Below, one piece after another: positions 30,838-41,776 of a DNA stretch of 64,000 bases (the first letter of the stretch is position 1; every line of letters begins with the position of its first letter). The notes beneath the pieces were generated by a model. The model was not told where the DNA came from. It did not search any database and was given only the letters and a program-made list of their open reading frames with translations. This DNA comes from Planctomycetaceae bacterium (GTDB taxonomy: Bacteria > Planctomycetota > Planctomycetia > Pirellulales > UBA7805), in NCBI GenBank assembly GCA_902630355.1, contig CACOUL010000004.1:19879-83878 (forward strand). Direction: 5' to 3'. Position numbers and translations under genes: made by a program.

Positions 30838-31452
30838 ATGGCAGCGAACCCGAAAGGGAAGAAATCGAAATCGCCAGATGCTGCTTCTCCGATGCCGTTG
30901 CGGATCGTGGGGGGCAAGTTCCGTGGACACAAAATCAATTACCACGGTGACCCGGTCACCCGACCGATGAAGCATCGTGTGCGGGAGGCCATTTTCAACC
31001 TTGTTGGTCCGACCGTCGAGCAGTTGCACGCGATCGACCTTTTTGCCGGTACTGGGGCATTGGGACTCGAGGCGCTCAGTCGCGGCGCACAGAGTGCCAC
31101 ATTCGTTGAACGCCATTTTCCTACGGCGGCAACCATACAGAGCAACATCGATCAGTTAAATGTTGCACCGCAATCAAAGATCGCGACTTCCGATGTCTTC
31201 GTGTGGAGTCGGAAGCGATTGGACTTTCCTCCCGATCCATGGCTTGTGCTCTGTGCACCTCCCTACGACCTTTTTGTATCTGCAACCGACAAAATGATTC
31301 AACTCGTTACCGCGTGGGTCGAAATAGCGGCCCCGGGAAGCCAAATTGTCGTCGAGTCCGATGATCGATTCGATTACACCAAGCTGCCCCTGCTTGCGGA
31401 CTGGGATGTGCGACATTACGCTCCGGCCACCATTGCCCTTTTTCGCAAATAA
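30838..31452 (+). CDS. rsmD: 16S rRNA m2G966 methyltransferase RsmD family
   Basis: LRIVGGKFRG, TRP..RVREAIFN, DLFAGTGALGLEALSRGA, APPY. Confidence 0.88.
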   Translation: MAANPKGKKSKSPDAASPMPLRIVGGKFRGHKINYHGDPVTRPMKHRVREAIFNLVGPTVEQLHAIDLFAGTGALGLEALSRGAQSATFVERHFPTAATIQSNIDQLNVAPQSKIATSDVFVWSRKRLDFPPDPWLVLCAPPYDLFVSATDKMIQLVTAWVEIAAPGSQIVVESDDRFDYTKLPLLADWDVRHYAPATIALFRK

Positions 31453-31468
31453 GCAAAAGGAGGACTGG

Positions 31469-31843
31469 ATGGATATCCAGAATATTGATCGCGTGCCCGC
31501 ATTCCGGACAAAAGATGGTTCGGAGATCAGAGAACTGCTCGCGCATCGAAACTCAGCGATTCGAAACCAGAGTTTGGCTGAGGCGCGCTTGCCGGAAGGT
31601 ACGGGAACCATTCCGCATCTTCATCCGCAAACAGAAGAAATTTACTACATCTTGGAAGGCGAGGCCGAGATGATTATCGCAGACGAACGACAAAGCGTGG
31701 GTGTCGGTGACGCAATCGCAATACCCCCGGGAATCGTGCATCAAATCGTGAACCGGGGTGTTGGCACGTTGAAATTTATCTGCTGCTGTGCGCCCGCGTA
31801 CGAAGATGCCGATACCGTGATGCTTGAGGGCGGAACGACGTAG
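31469..31843 (+). CDS. Cupin domain protein
   Basis: HLHPQTEEIYYILEG..GDAIAIPPG..H; AGGAGG RBS. Confidence 0.9.
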   Translation: MDIQNIDRVPAFRTKDGSEIRELLAHRNSAIRNQSLAEARLPEGTGTIPHLHPQTEEIYYILEGEAEMIIADERQSVGVGDAIAIPPGIVHQIVNRGVGTLKFICCCAPAYEDADTVMLEGGTT

Positions 31844-32105
31844 GAGTCACCACCGTAGTTGATTATCAAACCACCTCAAACCTGCGAGGGGCGGACAGAA
31901 AAAATCACAACCCTTCAAAACTCCGAATATCACGAACCGCATAACCGCTACAAATTTACAGCGGGCCTCCAAATTGCATTGATTCAGCCGCTGCGAGCTT
32001 CCCGGAGTCGGTGAAACCCTTGATGGGCAGGGCGTTTAAGACCGATTTCTATCTTAAGGGACCGCAGTATCTGGGCGGACCGTTGACCCACGCCGGAGGG
32101 AATCG

Positions 32106-34238
32106 GTGATGCATCCGCAGAATGGCCTCAAATGGCCACACTTCTTGATTCTCACGCTCGTGTTCGTCCTCGGCATCCTCGTCCCACTCTCCTGGCATCG
32201 CCAACGTGGTCGGCACCCGATCGAACCACTTAGCGGTCGCAATCAGTTGTATCGGCAACCGGCTGTAGATCCTTCGACAGACGAGCAACATTCTTTTTGG
32301 CGCTTCGAGTCGGTCGCACATGGCAAATCCGATCTCAACCCGAATAACAGCGAATCGCCCTACCGCCGATGGAGTCCGATTGCAGATCCTGCACCGCGCT
32401 ACACTGCATCAGCATGGCCCACTGCCCACACGCTGTTAAGTCGACTTCATCGCCTCGCGCAGACCGAAGTCACCCGCGTCTGGGCACAAAATGTAACCGA
32501 TCAATTATCCGCTTTGGAGCACTGCACGAGCCTCACGAGCGAACAGGCGCCCGAGATCTTTAGTGCGATTCAAAAGTTAATCGACAGCGCGGTTGAGATT
32601 GCCCCTGAGATAGACGACCGCGGCACACTCTATGAGTTGAACGCCACTCGCTACGACCTCATCCGCAGACTGGACGTCTGGAAAGCGTCCTATCAACTGA
32701 CCACCCACTTTCCACAGGGAGTCTTGCCGAGCGGTCAACCGTTCCTCACTGCTTCGCTCGTCAGTGGGGGAGACGATACGCCTAACGCAGATTTTTGTAC
32801 GGTGAAGCTCTCCAACCTGCTCGCTGCCATCGAGCAATATGAGTTTTCGCGGCGAGGAAGCGACGCGACGCAGTTGGCTAGCGCCATCGACCCGCTTCTC
32901 AAGTCGGCAAATGAATCACAGCGAACTCTCGGCACCGTAATCGATCAGCACTACCGCAATGCGAACCTCCGGATTGTGGCAACTGGTAATCTGATGAACC
33001 GATTGTTACCACCCACGCGCAACGACGCAGGTAAAATCGACGATACCATTCTCGGTGTCCCGGTGTGGGGTAATAGCAGAACGCGGACGTCGCTTCGTAC
33101 TCGTTTAATCCCCGATCCCCACCAGATTCGTATCGGCATGGAAGCCTGGGGCCACGTCTTTTCTGACACGGTAGCGTCCAACCGAAGCGTCTACCTTTAC
33201 AACGAGGGTGAAACGGCGTTTCTGGTCCGCAAATTAATCCTGATTGACCACCACGGAGTCAAAGCAAAACCGACGATCGCCCATGCCATCAGTGAAACGG
33301 AGTTGATCGACATCGAGACTGACTACGACAACATCCCGTTTGTCGGCTCGTGGGTTCGAAAAGCGGCCCGGAAAAAACATGCCGAGGGACATGATCAAGC
33401 GCTCAATGAGACCGAATCTCGGGTCGCCACCCAAGCGCGGCGGACATTCGATCAACAACTCGACCCCCGACTCCGTAAAGGAATTGACGGATTTTATTAC
33501 GAACTATGGAAACCACTCGATCGACTGGGGCTGGAACCGACCGCCGTGCAGTTGTATACGACCGAAAAACGCGCGACGGGCCGCTTACGCCTCGGGCACT
33601 CGCAGCAACTTGCGGGCTGCTCAGCACGACCGCGGGCCCTCTCTAACAGTCTGCTGAGTATGCAATTTCACGAAAGTGCAATCAATAATGGATTTGCTCA
33701 ACTCGATCTGGCTGGAAAGAGTTTTTCTCTTCACGATCTCTACCTGCACGTGATGGAAAAAATGGGAAGAGACCCGGAGGAGGTCCCCGAGTCGATGACC
33801 AAAAAAGTACACGTTACATTTGCCTCACAAGATCCCTTTTCCGTTCGCTGCGAAGACGATCGAGTGACGCTGGTCATGTCGCTGAAAAAAGTGACCAAGG
33901 GCAGCAAGTACAAATGGTTGAATCTCCGCATTACGGCCGACTATGGCATCGAAAGCGAGGGAAACCGAGCCTATCTCGTGCGTCAAAATGCCATTCGACT
34001 CGAAGGAAAGAAATTACGCACACGTGACCAGATTGCCCTGCGGGGTGTGTTTAGCAAAGTGCTTTCCCGCGGAAACGAAATTCCCCTGATGCCGAAAAAA
34101 GTGACTGAAAATCCGCGGATGGAAGACGTCGTGGTCACGCAAAAGCAAATCCGCGACGGCTGGATCGGAATCGCGCTCGGCCCTCGGGACCCGCAGACCG
34201 CGAACCTGCAGCATCGCCCCGAAACGCGCAATCGCTAA
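32106..34238 (+). CDS. Large membrane-anchored/exported planctomycete hypothetical protein
   Basis: 710-aa ORF, GGAGG RBS, N-terminal TM, helical N-terminal part and beta-rich C-terminal part. Confidence 0.8.
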   Translation: MMHPQNGLKWPHFLILTLVFVLGILVPLSWHRQRGRHPIEPLSGRNQLYRQPAVDPSTDEQHSFWRFESVAHGKSDLNPNNSESPYRRWSPIADPAPRYTASAWPTAHTLLSRLHRLAQTEVTRVWAQNVTDQLSALEHCTSLTSEQAPEIFSAIQKLIDSAVEIAPEIDDRGTLYELNATRYDLIRRLDVWKASYQLTTHFPQGVLPSGQPFLTASLVSGGDDTPNADFCTVKLSNLLAAIEQYEFSRRGSDATQLASAIDPLLKSANESQRTLGTVIDQHYRNANLRIVATGNLMNRLLPPTRNDAGKIDDTILGVPVWGNSRTRTSLRTRLIPDPHQIRIGMEAWGHVFSDTVASNRSVYLYNEGETAFLVRKLILIDHHGVKAKPTIAHAISETELIDIETDYDNIPFVGSWVRKAARKKHAEGHDQALNETESRVATQARRTFDQQLDPRLRKGIDGFYYELWKPLDRLGLEPTAVQLYTTEKRATGRLRLGHSQQLAGCSARPRALSNSLLSMQFHESAINNGFAQLDLAGKSFSLHDLYLHVMEKMGRDPEEVPESMTKKVHVTFASQDPFSVRCEDDRVTLVMSLKKVTKGSKYKWLNLRITADYGIESEGNRAYLVRQNAIRLEGKKLRTRDQIALRGVFSKVLSRGNEIPLMPKKVTENPRMEDVVVTQKQIRDGWIGIALGPRDPQTANLQHRPETRNR

Positions 34239-34302
34239 TCGCAGGGGCGTTTGCTGTCCCCTCCCTATTTCAACGGCGATTTGACCTCTAAAATCGTCGC
34301 CT

Positions 34303-35508
34303 ATGAAGATTGCTTATCTTGATTGTGCCAGCGGGATCAGCGGCGATATGACGCTCGGCGCCCTCGTCGATGCGGGGATTGACTTGGAGACGATTCAAGC
34401 CGGGATCGATTCCCTTGGCCTGAAGGGATGTCGCCTCTCGTCGCAGGAAGTCACCAAAAACGGATTCCGGGCCACCCAGGTGCAAGTGTACCATCCGCCC
34501 GAGCACAAACATCGACACCTGTGTGATATTCACGCAATGATCGATGCGAGCGATATCACCCCAGGACAGAAGGAATTGGCAAAAAATATTTTCCGTCGAC
34601 TGGGAGAGGCGGAAGCCAAAGTCCACGGAACCACTCTCGAGAAAGTTCACTTCCACGAAGTGGGAGCCGTCGACTCGATCGCCGACATTGTGGGTGCCGC
34701 GATCGGTTGGAATCTTTTGCAAGTGGACCGAATTTGTGCGTCGCCGGTTCCCACGGGAACCGGGTCGATTGAAATTGCCCACGGACGTTGCAGCCTTCCG
34801 GCACCTGCGACCACCGAACTTCTCAAGGGTATCCCCCTCGCTGAATCTCATGTGGATGCTGAATTGACGACACCGACCGGCGCGGCCATTCTCGCCGAAC
34901 TGGTCGATTCCTTCGGCCAACTGCCCGCCATGGCCATCGAGACGATCGGCTGCGGTGCGGGACAGCGGGATCTTCCGGGACAGCCCAACCTCCTCCGCCT
35001 GATCTTGGGCACGGCGGCTGATGCGGCGACGACCAGCGAAATGATCTGGGTGGTGGAAACACAACTCGACGATGCAACGGGAGAATGGATTGGACACTTG
35101 AAGGAGACCCTATTGGCGAGTGGAGCGGTCGATGCCTTCTGCACATCCATTCAAATGAAGAAGAATCGGCCCGGAATTCTTCTCACGGTACTCTGCCACG
35201 CTGTGAATCTACAGCAAATTGAAACGACAATCCTGCAAAACTCGACAACGCTCGGTTTGCGAAAATGGTCTGCCGAGCGGACCGTCCTCCCCCGAAGAGT
35301 GCATCGGGTGAGTACGCCCTGGGGGGAAGTGGCGGGCGTCGTCGCGCAGCGACCGTCTCAGCAGATGAGTTTCGCTCCCGAATACGAGGACTGTCAGCGA
35401 CTCGCCGAGCAGGCAAATGTCCCGCTTATTGAAATCTATCGCGCGGCCCAGCAGGCCTTCGAGCCGGGGGGCGTGCCGCCATTTTCATCCGAGACTACCG
35501 ATCCTTAG
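34303..35508 (+). CDS. larC: Nickel pincer cofactor biosynthesis protein LarC
   Basis: [57 protein letters not shown]. Confidence 0.95.
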   Translation: MKIAYLDCASGISGDMTLGALVDAGIDLETIQAGIDSLGLKGCRLSSQEVTKNGFRATQVQVYHPPEHKHRHLCDIHAMIDASDITPGQKELAKNIFRRLGEAEAKVHGTTLEKVHFHEVGAVDSIADIVGAAIGWNLLQVDRICASPVPTGTGSIEIAHGRCSLPAPATTELLKGIPLAESHVDAELTTPTGAAILAELVDSFGQLPAMAIETIGCGAGQRDLPGQPNLLRLILGTAADAATTSEMIWVVETQLDDATGEWIGHLKETLLASGAVDAFCTSIQMKKNRPGILLTVLCHAVNLQQIETTILQNSTTLGLRKWSAERTVLPRRVHRVSTPWGEVAGVVAQRPSQQMSFAPEYEDCQRLAEQANVPLIEIYRAAQQAFEPGGVPPFSSETTDP

Positions 35509-37574
35509 GATGCACTCGAGGCGGCAACCAGTGCATTCGCCTCGGCCACACTGCGGGCCGGCTGCCGACACGTGAAATTCTCGCAGTAAAAGAGTTCCCA
35601 CGCATGTCCAGCGGACGGCCGACCGGTAAAGAGCGGGTCCAAAAACCGACTCGTCGCATCCCGCTTCGGGTCGACGCGGCACGCAAGCACGTGAGCGGGC
35701 AAGTAAGCCTGCCGAAGTGACTGCACAACCTGGGACATTTCTTCCCCCGGTGTCCCTGCCGCCATCACCCATTGTCGCGGCGGTGCATGATGCCTCAGCA
35801 GGGCGAGTAGCGTTTGCCCCTGTGCCAGGGGGGCTCTCCGCAACGTATCGGCTGCCGCCTCGAGTGCCCGCGCCGCTGTGTGCCGCATCGCATCGTTGCC
35901 CAGCAGATTGCCGAGTCGCAAAAATCCTTCGGCTGCCAAAGCGTTGCCGTTCGGCGTTGCCTGATCGAAAAATTCTTTTCGGCGGACAATCAAATTTTCC
36001 TGATCCCGAGCGGTGAAAAAGAATCCACCTTGCTCGGAATCTTCGAATCGGCTCTGCAACTGCTCGGCTAATCGCACGGCACGATCGACCCACGCCTCCT
36101 CAAACGTACACTCGTAAAGTGTGATCCAGGCTCCCAGCAGAGCCGCATAGTCATCGAGAAAACCCTCGCCCTCCATCACTCCACGCCGCCAGCAGCGCAC
36201 AAGTCGACCGTGCGAGTCACTCATTTGCTCGTGAATCATCCGACCGGCACGCCTTGCGGCATCCAGGTATTCGGGAATCCCCAGCACCACTCCGGCCCGT
36301 GCCAAAGGGTCGATCATCAGGCCGTTCCAATCGGTCAGTACCTTGTCATCCAGGCCCGGATGAATCCGTTGCTCGCGAACCTCGAGTAACCGCTGGCGTG
36401 CATCCTGCAAATCGTTGACGATTTTTCTTTCGTCACCGTCGATCGATTGGGCAAATTCCTCCACCGTCTCCGATACGTGAAGGATATTCTTGCCCTCAAA
36501 ATTACCGACCGCCGTCACACCGTAGAACCGACAAAAAAGATGCCCCAGATCACTTCCGAGCGACTCGATAATCTCCTCTTCTGACCAGACAAAAAACTTA
36601 CCCTCCTCGCCCTCACTATCGGCATCCTGAGTGCTGTAGAAGCCTCCGTCAGGGTGCTGCATCTCTCGCAATACATAATCGAGAGTCTCGCAAAGTGTGC
36701 GGCGATAGCGGTCGCGACCGGTCGCCAGATAGGCCTCCAGATAGCAACCGGCGAGAAGCGCATTGTCGTAAAGCATCTTTTCAAAATGCGGAACCTGCCA
36801 AAATGCGTCAACCGAATAGCGATGAAAACCACCACCCAGATGATCGTAGATCCCACCATTGGCCATTTTGTTCAAACTGAGTGTCGCGATTTCCTCAAGC
36901 GTTTTTTCCCCGAAGCGCCGCGCGAGTCGAAAGCAAAGATTAATCTCAAGCGGATGAGGGAATTTTGGAGCGCCGCCAAAACCACCGTTTGTGGAGTCGA
37001 ACGCGGCTTCGAGTGCTGCGGTTGCCTCCCGAAAGAGTGCGTCCGGTTGAAGCGATTCCCCGACCGACGGGTGATCGACAGCCTGCAGACTCTCGGTTAA
37101 TCGCGATGCCTGTTCGGTCACCTGCGGCCGACGATCCCGCCACGCTTCGGCGACGGAGAGGAGTACCTGATCGAATCCGGGCATCCCGTGCCGGGGTTCC
37201 GGAGGCCAATAGGTTCCTCCAAAAAAAGGCTGTCCATTCTCGGTGAGAAAAACAGACATCGGCCAGCCTCCGCGGCCGGTAAGCGTCTGCACCGCCTGCA
37301 TGTAGATGTGATCCAGGTCGGGCCGCTGCTCACGATCGACTTTGATCGAAACAAAGTAATCGTTGAGAATTTTTGCGATTTCCGCATTCTCAAAACTCTC
37401 CCGCTCCATCACGTGGCACCAATGACAGGCGGAGTAACCGATGGAAAGAAAGATCGGCTTCCCATCGCGACGGGCAAGTTCAAAGGCAGCATCACCCCAA
37501 GGATACCAGTCCACCGGATTATTCTGGTGCTGCAGCAAATAGGGACTCGTGGCTTCCGCAAGCCGATTGCTCAT
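35505..37574 (-). CDS. YyaL/SSP411 thioredoxin-domain protein
   Basis: [57 protein letters not shown]. Confidence 0.95.
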   Translation of the reverse strand: MSNRLAEATSPYLLQHQNNPVDWYPWGDAAFELARRDGKPIFLSIGYSACHWCHVMERESFENAEIAKILNDYFVSIKVDREQRPDLDHIYMQAVQTLTGRGGWPMSVFLTENGQPFFGGTYWPPEPRHGMPGFDQVLLSVAEAWRDRRPQVTEQASRLTESLQAVDHPSVGESLQPDALFREATAALEAAFDSTNGGFGGAPKFPHPLEINLCFRLARRFGEKTLEEIATLSLNKMANGGIYDHLGGGFHRYSVDAFWQVPHFEKMLYDNALLAGCYLEAYLATGRDRYRRTLCETLDYVLREMQHPDGGFYSTQDADSEGEEGKFFVWSEEEIIESLGSDLGHLFCRFYGVTAVGNFEGKNILHVSETVEEFAQSIDGDERKIVNDLQDARQRLLEVREQRIHPGLDDKVLTDWNGLMIDPLARAGVVLGIPEYLDAARRAGRMIHEQMSDSHGRLVRCWRRGVMEGEGFLDDYAALLGAWITLYECTFEEAWVDRAVRLAEQLQSRFEDSEQGGFFFTARDQENLIVRRKEFFDQATPNGNALAAEGFLRLGNLLGNDAMRHTAARALEAAADTLRRAPLAQGQTLLALLRHHAPPRQWVMAAGTPGEEMSQVVQSLRQAYLPAHVLACRVDPKRDATSRFLDPLFTGRPSAGHAWELFYCENFTCRQPARSVAEANALVAASSAS

Positions 37575-37606
37575 GAACTCAACACCCTCCCTTCGGCGAC
37601 TCGCAT

Positions 37607-38404
37607 TCACTCGAAGGATTGTTCATCGGCAGGAAAGTTGCCGTTGCGCACATCGGTACAATAATCTTCAGCAACTGCAACGATTTGTTCGCCGAGTGCC
37701 GCGTAGGCCTTGACGTGCTTCGGGACATTCCCGTCCGGAATCCCCAAGAGGTCTTGGATCACGAGAATTTGGCCATCGCAACCGGCACCTGCACCGATTC
37801 CGATGGTGGGGATCGTCAGCTGACGGCTGACCTCCGTTGCCGCTGCAGCCGGAACACACTCGAGAACCAACGCAAATGCCCCTGCCTTCTCCATTGCCAG
37901 AGAGTCGACAAGCAATTGCTTCTCATCACGCTGCACGCGATACCCACCCATCTGATGAACCGCTTGCGGGTGGAGCCCGCAGTGGGCCATCACCGGGATT
38001 CCGGCTGCCGTCAACGCAGAAATTGCTTCCGCATCTGCGGCGCTTGACTCCAACTTGACTGCCTGCGCTGCCGATTCTTTCAGGACCCGGGCCGCATTGG
38101 CAATCAACTTCTCGGTGCCCACGAATTGTGCTGGAAATGGCAGGTCGACCACGACCAACGAAGAGGGAGCGCCCCGACTCACCATCTCGGCATGGTAAAT
38201 CATCTGATCCAGCGTCACCGGCAGGGTATTCTCGCGACCCTGGACGACCATGCCCAAACTATCTCCCACCAGCAACCCGTCGACTCCGGCTGCTTCCAGC
38301 AACTTCGCTACTGTGTAATCGTAAGCGGTGAGCATCGCGATCTTCTCACCGCGTTTTTTTTTCTCAACAAAAGCAGGAACACTCATTTGGGGCATCGATC
38401 CCAT
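37607..38404 (-). CDS. panB: 3-methyl-2-oxobutanoate hydroxymethyltransferase
   Basis: [42 protein letters not shown]. Confidence 0.96.
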   Translation of the reverse strand: MGSMPQMSVPAFVEKKKRGEKIAMLTAYDYTVAKLLEAAGVDGLLVGDSLGMVVQGRENTLPVTLDQMIYHAEMVSRGAPSSLVVVDLPFPAQFVGTEKLIANAARVLKESAAQAVKLESSAADAEAISALTAAGIPVMAHCGLHPQAVHQMGGYRVQRDEKQLLVDSLAMEKAGAFALVLECVPAAAATEVSRQLTIPTIGIGAGAGCDGQILVIQDLLGIPDGNVPKHVKAYAALGEQIVAVAEDYCTDVRNGNFPADEQSFE

Positions 38405-38770
38405 CGCCTCCCGATCGACTTTGTTAAAACCGCGTCTGCAGGAAACGACCCTGTCGCATCCCATTCCTTCTCGCGGATTCTTTTTCAGAAACTCGCGCGA
38501 TCCTCAAGCAGTGACCGCCGGTGCGAAGGTGCATTGTGACGGGCATAGGGACGTGTGGCAACCAGTCGGACGAACGTAAAACAATTCCGGTACACGCAAC
38601 CGGAAACTCGAATGTCGGTCTTTTTTATGAAAAAAGCCCCTTTTTACCCCACAATCGTAAAAACGTCTTGGAACTTATTCCGGTCACCATCTCTGCACCT
38701 CATCGCGTGCGTCGTTTACAATCATCATTGAGCGCAAACCTACCTGATTCCCTCCCACACTACGATAATT

Positions 38771-39532
38771 GTGTCCGCATCGTACCCTCAAAATCCTGTC
38801 GCTTTAGTTACCGGTGCCGGCGCACCGCGCATCGGAAAATGTATCGCGCGCGTCCTTGCCGAAAAAGGATATCAATTGGCCATTCATGCCAATACGGCGA
38901 TCGACGAGGCCGAGGCGGCCGTTCGCGAGTTTGAAAAGAACTCCGTTCAGGCAATCGCAGTGAAGGCCGATCTGAAAAATGAATCCGAAATTGAAAAAAT
39001 GGTTTGCGAGATCACCGATCATTTCGGCCATATTGAAGCTCTGGTCAACACAGCAGGCATCTGGAAATCGGGCGATCTTGAAGATATCCGTGCCGACGAT
39101 GTGCGGGAACATTTTGAAGTCAATGCCCTCGGCACCTTTCTGTGCTGCCAACGGGTCGGGATGCAGATGGTGTCGCAGGATCACGGGGGCAGCATCGTCA
39201 ATATTGGCGATTGGAGTACGATCCGCCCTTGCGGAGATTATGCCGCTTACTATCCCTCAAAAGGCACGATTCCGACGATCACGCGCTGCTTCGCTGTCGA
39301 ATTAGCACGTCGGAATCCTTGTGTGCGGGTCAATGCCGTTCTGCCGGGCCCGGTACTCTTTCCTGAAGACATGCCCGAAGCTGAGCGCAAGGCGGAAATC
39401 GCAGGTACGCTGGTCAAGCGCGAGGGGCATCCTCAAAACGTGGCAGATGCAGTGCTGATGCTCCTCGAAAATGATTTCATTACCGGCGTCTCGCTGCCGG
39501 TCGACGGCGGTCGTAGCATTTACTCGGAGTGA
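38771..39532 (+). CDS. SDR oxidoreductase, pteridine reductase (FolM/PTR1)-like
   Basis: ALVTGAGAPRIG, YYPSK (YxxxK), VNAVLPG, VDGG. Confidence 0.85.
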   Translation: MSASYPQNPVALVTGAGAPRIGKCIARVLAEKGYQLAIHANTAIDEAEAAVREFEKNSVQAIAVKADLKNESEIEKMVCEITDHFGHIEALVNTAGIWKSGDLEDIRADDVREHFEVNALGTFLCCQRVGMQMVSQDHGGSIVNIGDWSTIRPCGDYAAYYPSKGTIPTITRCFAVELARRNPCVRVNAVLPGPVLFPEDMPEAERKAEIAGTLVKREGHPQNVADAVLMLLENDFITGVSLPVDGGRSIYSE

Positions 39533-39543
39533 GAACAAAGTCC

Positions 39544-41670
39544 ATGTCTGCTACCATCTCGCGATCGAACCTAGAAGACACGATTGCGATCCTCACGCTC
39601 GATATGCCCGAAAAGGGTGCAAACATTCTATCGAGCCATGTGCTTGAAGAACTCGAATCGCACCTCAACGCGATTGAGAAGGAAGACAAACTTCAAGGCT
39701 TGATTCTCTGCAGCGGCAAACCGGGAACATTTATCGCCGGCGCTGATTTGCGCGAATTTGTTGCGTCGCTCGACGTCGATCGCCAGCAAATTGTTTCCCT
39801 CTGCCGCAGAGGGCGTTTGCTTTTTTCCAGACTACGAGAACTACCCTGCGTCACGATTGCGGCAATCGATGGTATTTGTCTGGGCGGGGGTGCGGAGTTG
39901 GCAATTGCGTGCGACCGTCGTTTGGTATCGAATTCGCCGGCAACGCAGTTCGGCTTTCCGGAGGTTAAACTCGGCTTGTTCCCGGGTTGGGGTGGCACGG
40001 TTTGGACCCCGCGGATCGTCGGGCTCTATAACGCGGTTGAGATGATTACGAGTGGAGAATCAATCTCGTCTCATCAAGCGGTTGAAATGGGATTGGCTAC
40101 GGCAAGCGTTCCCGCAGAGCAACTCCTGGAAGCTGCCACCCGGATGGTCCGCCAGGAATCACAATCGGGCGATTTTCTTGAAGATCGCAAGCGGTCGTCA
40201 GAACCGATCGTAATCAGTGAAACGGAAATGGGGTTTCTCGGTGTCACTGCTGCCGGCTTCATCGAGCAAAAGACAAAAGGGCATTACCCCGCACCGCTTG
40301 CGGCGCTCGAGGTACTTCTCGGTGGGGCGTCGCTTGAACCGGAAGCTGCCGGTGAAATCGAATCCGAGGAAATGGCCAATCTGTTCGGATCGCCGGTCAA
40401 TCGCTCGTTATTGAACGTATTTTTTCTGACGGATCGAAATAAAAAACAGACCGGCAGCATCGGGAAATCAACAGAGTTACGTACGGCGGGAGTGATCGGT
40501 GCCGGCGTCATGGGGCAGGGAATTGCCGCAGCAAATATCAAAAGAAAAATACCTACGCAACTCACCGATACGTCGGAAGAAGCACTCAAGCAGGGCATGC
40601 AAAAAGTACTTGAGGAAGCCTCCTACAATCGCGAACTGAAAGGCCCCGATGTCGAACAGGCCCTTCGCCTGGCACCGCTTCTTGACGCTGTTCCGGATGC
40701 CAAGGATATGGCGGAATGCGACCTCGTGATTGAAGCAGCCGTTGAGAAAGTGGAAATCAAAAAACTTATTTTTGGTCATCTCGAAGATGCGGTCGACTCA
40801 GCCACGGTGCTGGCAACCAACACCTCCACCATTCCGATCGACACCATCGCGACCACATTGAAAAATCCTGAGCGGTTCCTCGGGATTCACTTTTTCAATC
40901 CCGTGCGAAAGATGCCGCTCGTCGAAATTATCCGGGGTTCGAAAACTTCGGACGAGGCAATCGCAATGGCTTTCCATTACGCCAAAAAAATCAAAAAAAC
41001 GCCGATCCTCGTGCGGAGCGGTCCCGGATTTTTGGTCAATCGTCTCTTGCTGCCTTACATGAGCGAGGCAGTGGAACTACTTGCCGAAGGTGTCCAGCCG
41101 CGTCGCATTGATCGGGTGGCGACGCAATTCGGAATGCCGATGGGCCCCATACGCCTATACGACGTGGTGGGACTGGATGTCGCAGCGCATGCCGGAAAGA
41201 CGATGATCGAGGCGTTTCCGGACCGAGTGCTCGATGCCCCTCTGCTTGTAGCGATGGTGGATGCAGGCCGCTTGGGAGAAAAATCGGGGCGCGGATTTTA
41301 CAGCTACGAGAATAAAAAGCGGCGGGCCGAAGAAGATGCGGAACTCGGCCCGCTCATTGCGCAACACAAGAGGGAGGATAGCGATCTGACCGACGAGGAA
41401 ATTCAAGATCGCATCCTGTTCCCGATGCTTCTTGAGGCAACGCGGGTACTCGATGAGCAAATAGTCGAAAATGCGCGAGATGTGGATTTGGGCCTGATTA
41501 TGGGAATCGGTTTTCCACCGTTTCGCGGTGGTCTTTTGTTCTGGGCCGATTCGGTCGGTAACGCCGCGATTTTGGATCGACTTGAGAAGTACCAACAGCT
41601 CGGAGATCGCTACCAACCCACCGAGCGCTTTCTCCAGCTCGCGAAGACGAATGGCAAGTTTTATGACTAG
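39544..41670 (+). CDS. fadJ: Fatty-acid oxidation complex alpha subunit (enoyl-CoA hydratase / 3-hydroxyacyl-CoA dehydrogenase, FadJ/FadB type)
   Basis: FIAGAD, CLGGGAE, PEVKLG..PGWGG, GAGVMG, TNTS, HFFNP, GFLVNR, GFPPFRGG. Confidence 0.9.
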   Translation: MSATISRSNLEDTIAILTLDMPEKGANILSSHVLEELESHLNAIEKEDKLQGLILCSGKPGTFIAGADLREFVASLDVDRQQIVSLCRRGRLLFSRLRELPCVTIAAIDGICLGGGAELAIACDRRLVSNSPATQFGFPEVKLGLFPGWGGTVWTPRIVGLYNAVEMITSGESISSHQAVEMGLATASVPAEQLLEAATRMVRQESQSGDFLEDRKRSSEPIVISETEMGFLGVTAAGFIEQKTKGHYPAPLAALEVLLGGASLEPEAAGEIESEEMANLFGSPVNRSLLNVFFLTDRNKKQTGSIGKSTELRTAGVIGAGVMGQGIAAANIKRKIPTQLTDTSEEALKQGMQKVLEEASYNRELKGPDVEQALRLAPLLDAVPDAKDMAECDLVIEAAVEKVEIKKLIFGHLEDAVDSATVLATNTSTIPIDTIATTLKNPERFLGIHFFNPVRKMPLVEIIRGSKTSDEAIAMAFHYAKKIKKTPILVRSGPGFLVNRLLLPYMSEAVELLAEGVQPRRIDRVATQFGMPMGPIRLYDVVGLDVAAHAGKTMIEAFPDRVLDAPLLVAMVDAGRLGEKSGRGFYSYENKKRRAEEDAELGPLIAQHKREDSDLTDEEIQDRILFPMLLEATRVLDEQIVENARDVDLGLIMGIGFPPFRGGLLFWADSVGNAAILDRLEKYQQLGDRYQPTERFLQLAKTNGKFYD

Positions 41671-41776
41671 AGTCGGTGGGCAAGGCGACGTACAATCGGA
41701 TCTAATGAGTCCTGGGACTCGGAAGTCGTTCGTTGCATCACCCAATTTTGTGACATAAATGAATGGGAAGGGAGTT

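Noticed and set aside
38354-38362. A9 run near the start of panB as a frameshift site
   Set aside because: The frame is intact (EKKKR) and the protein is complete.
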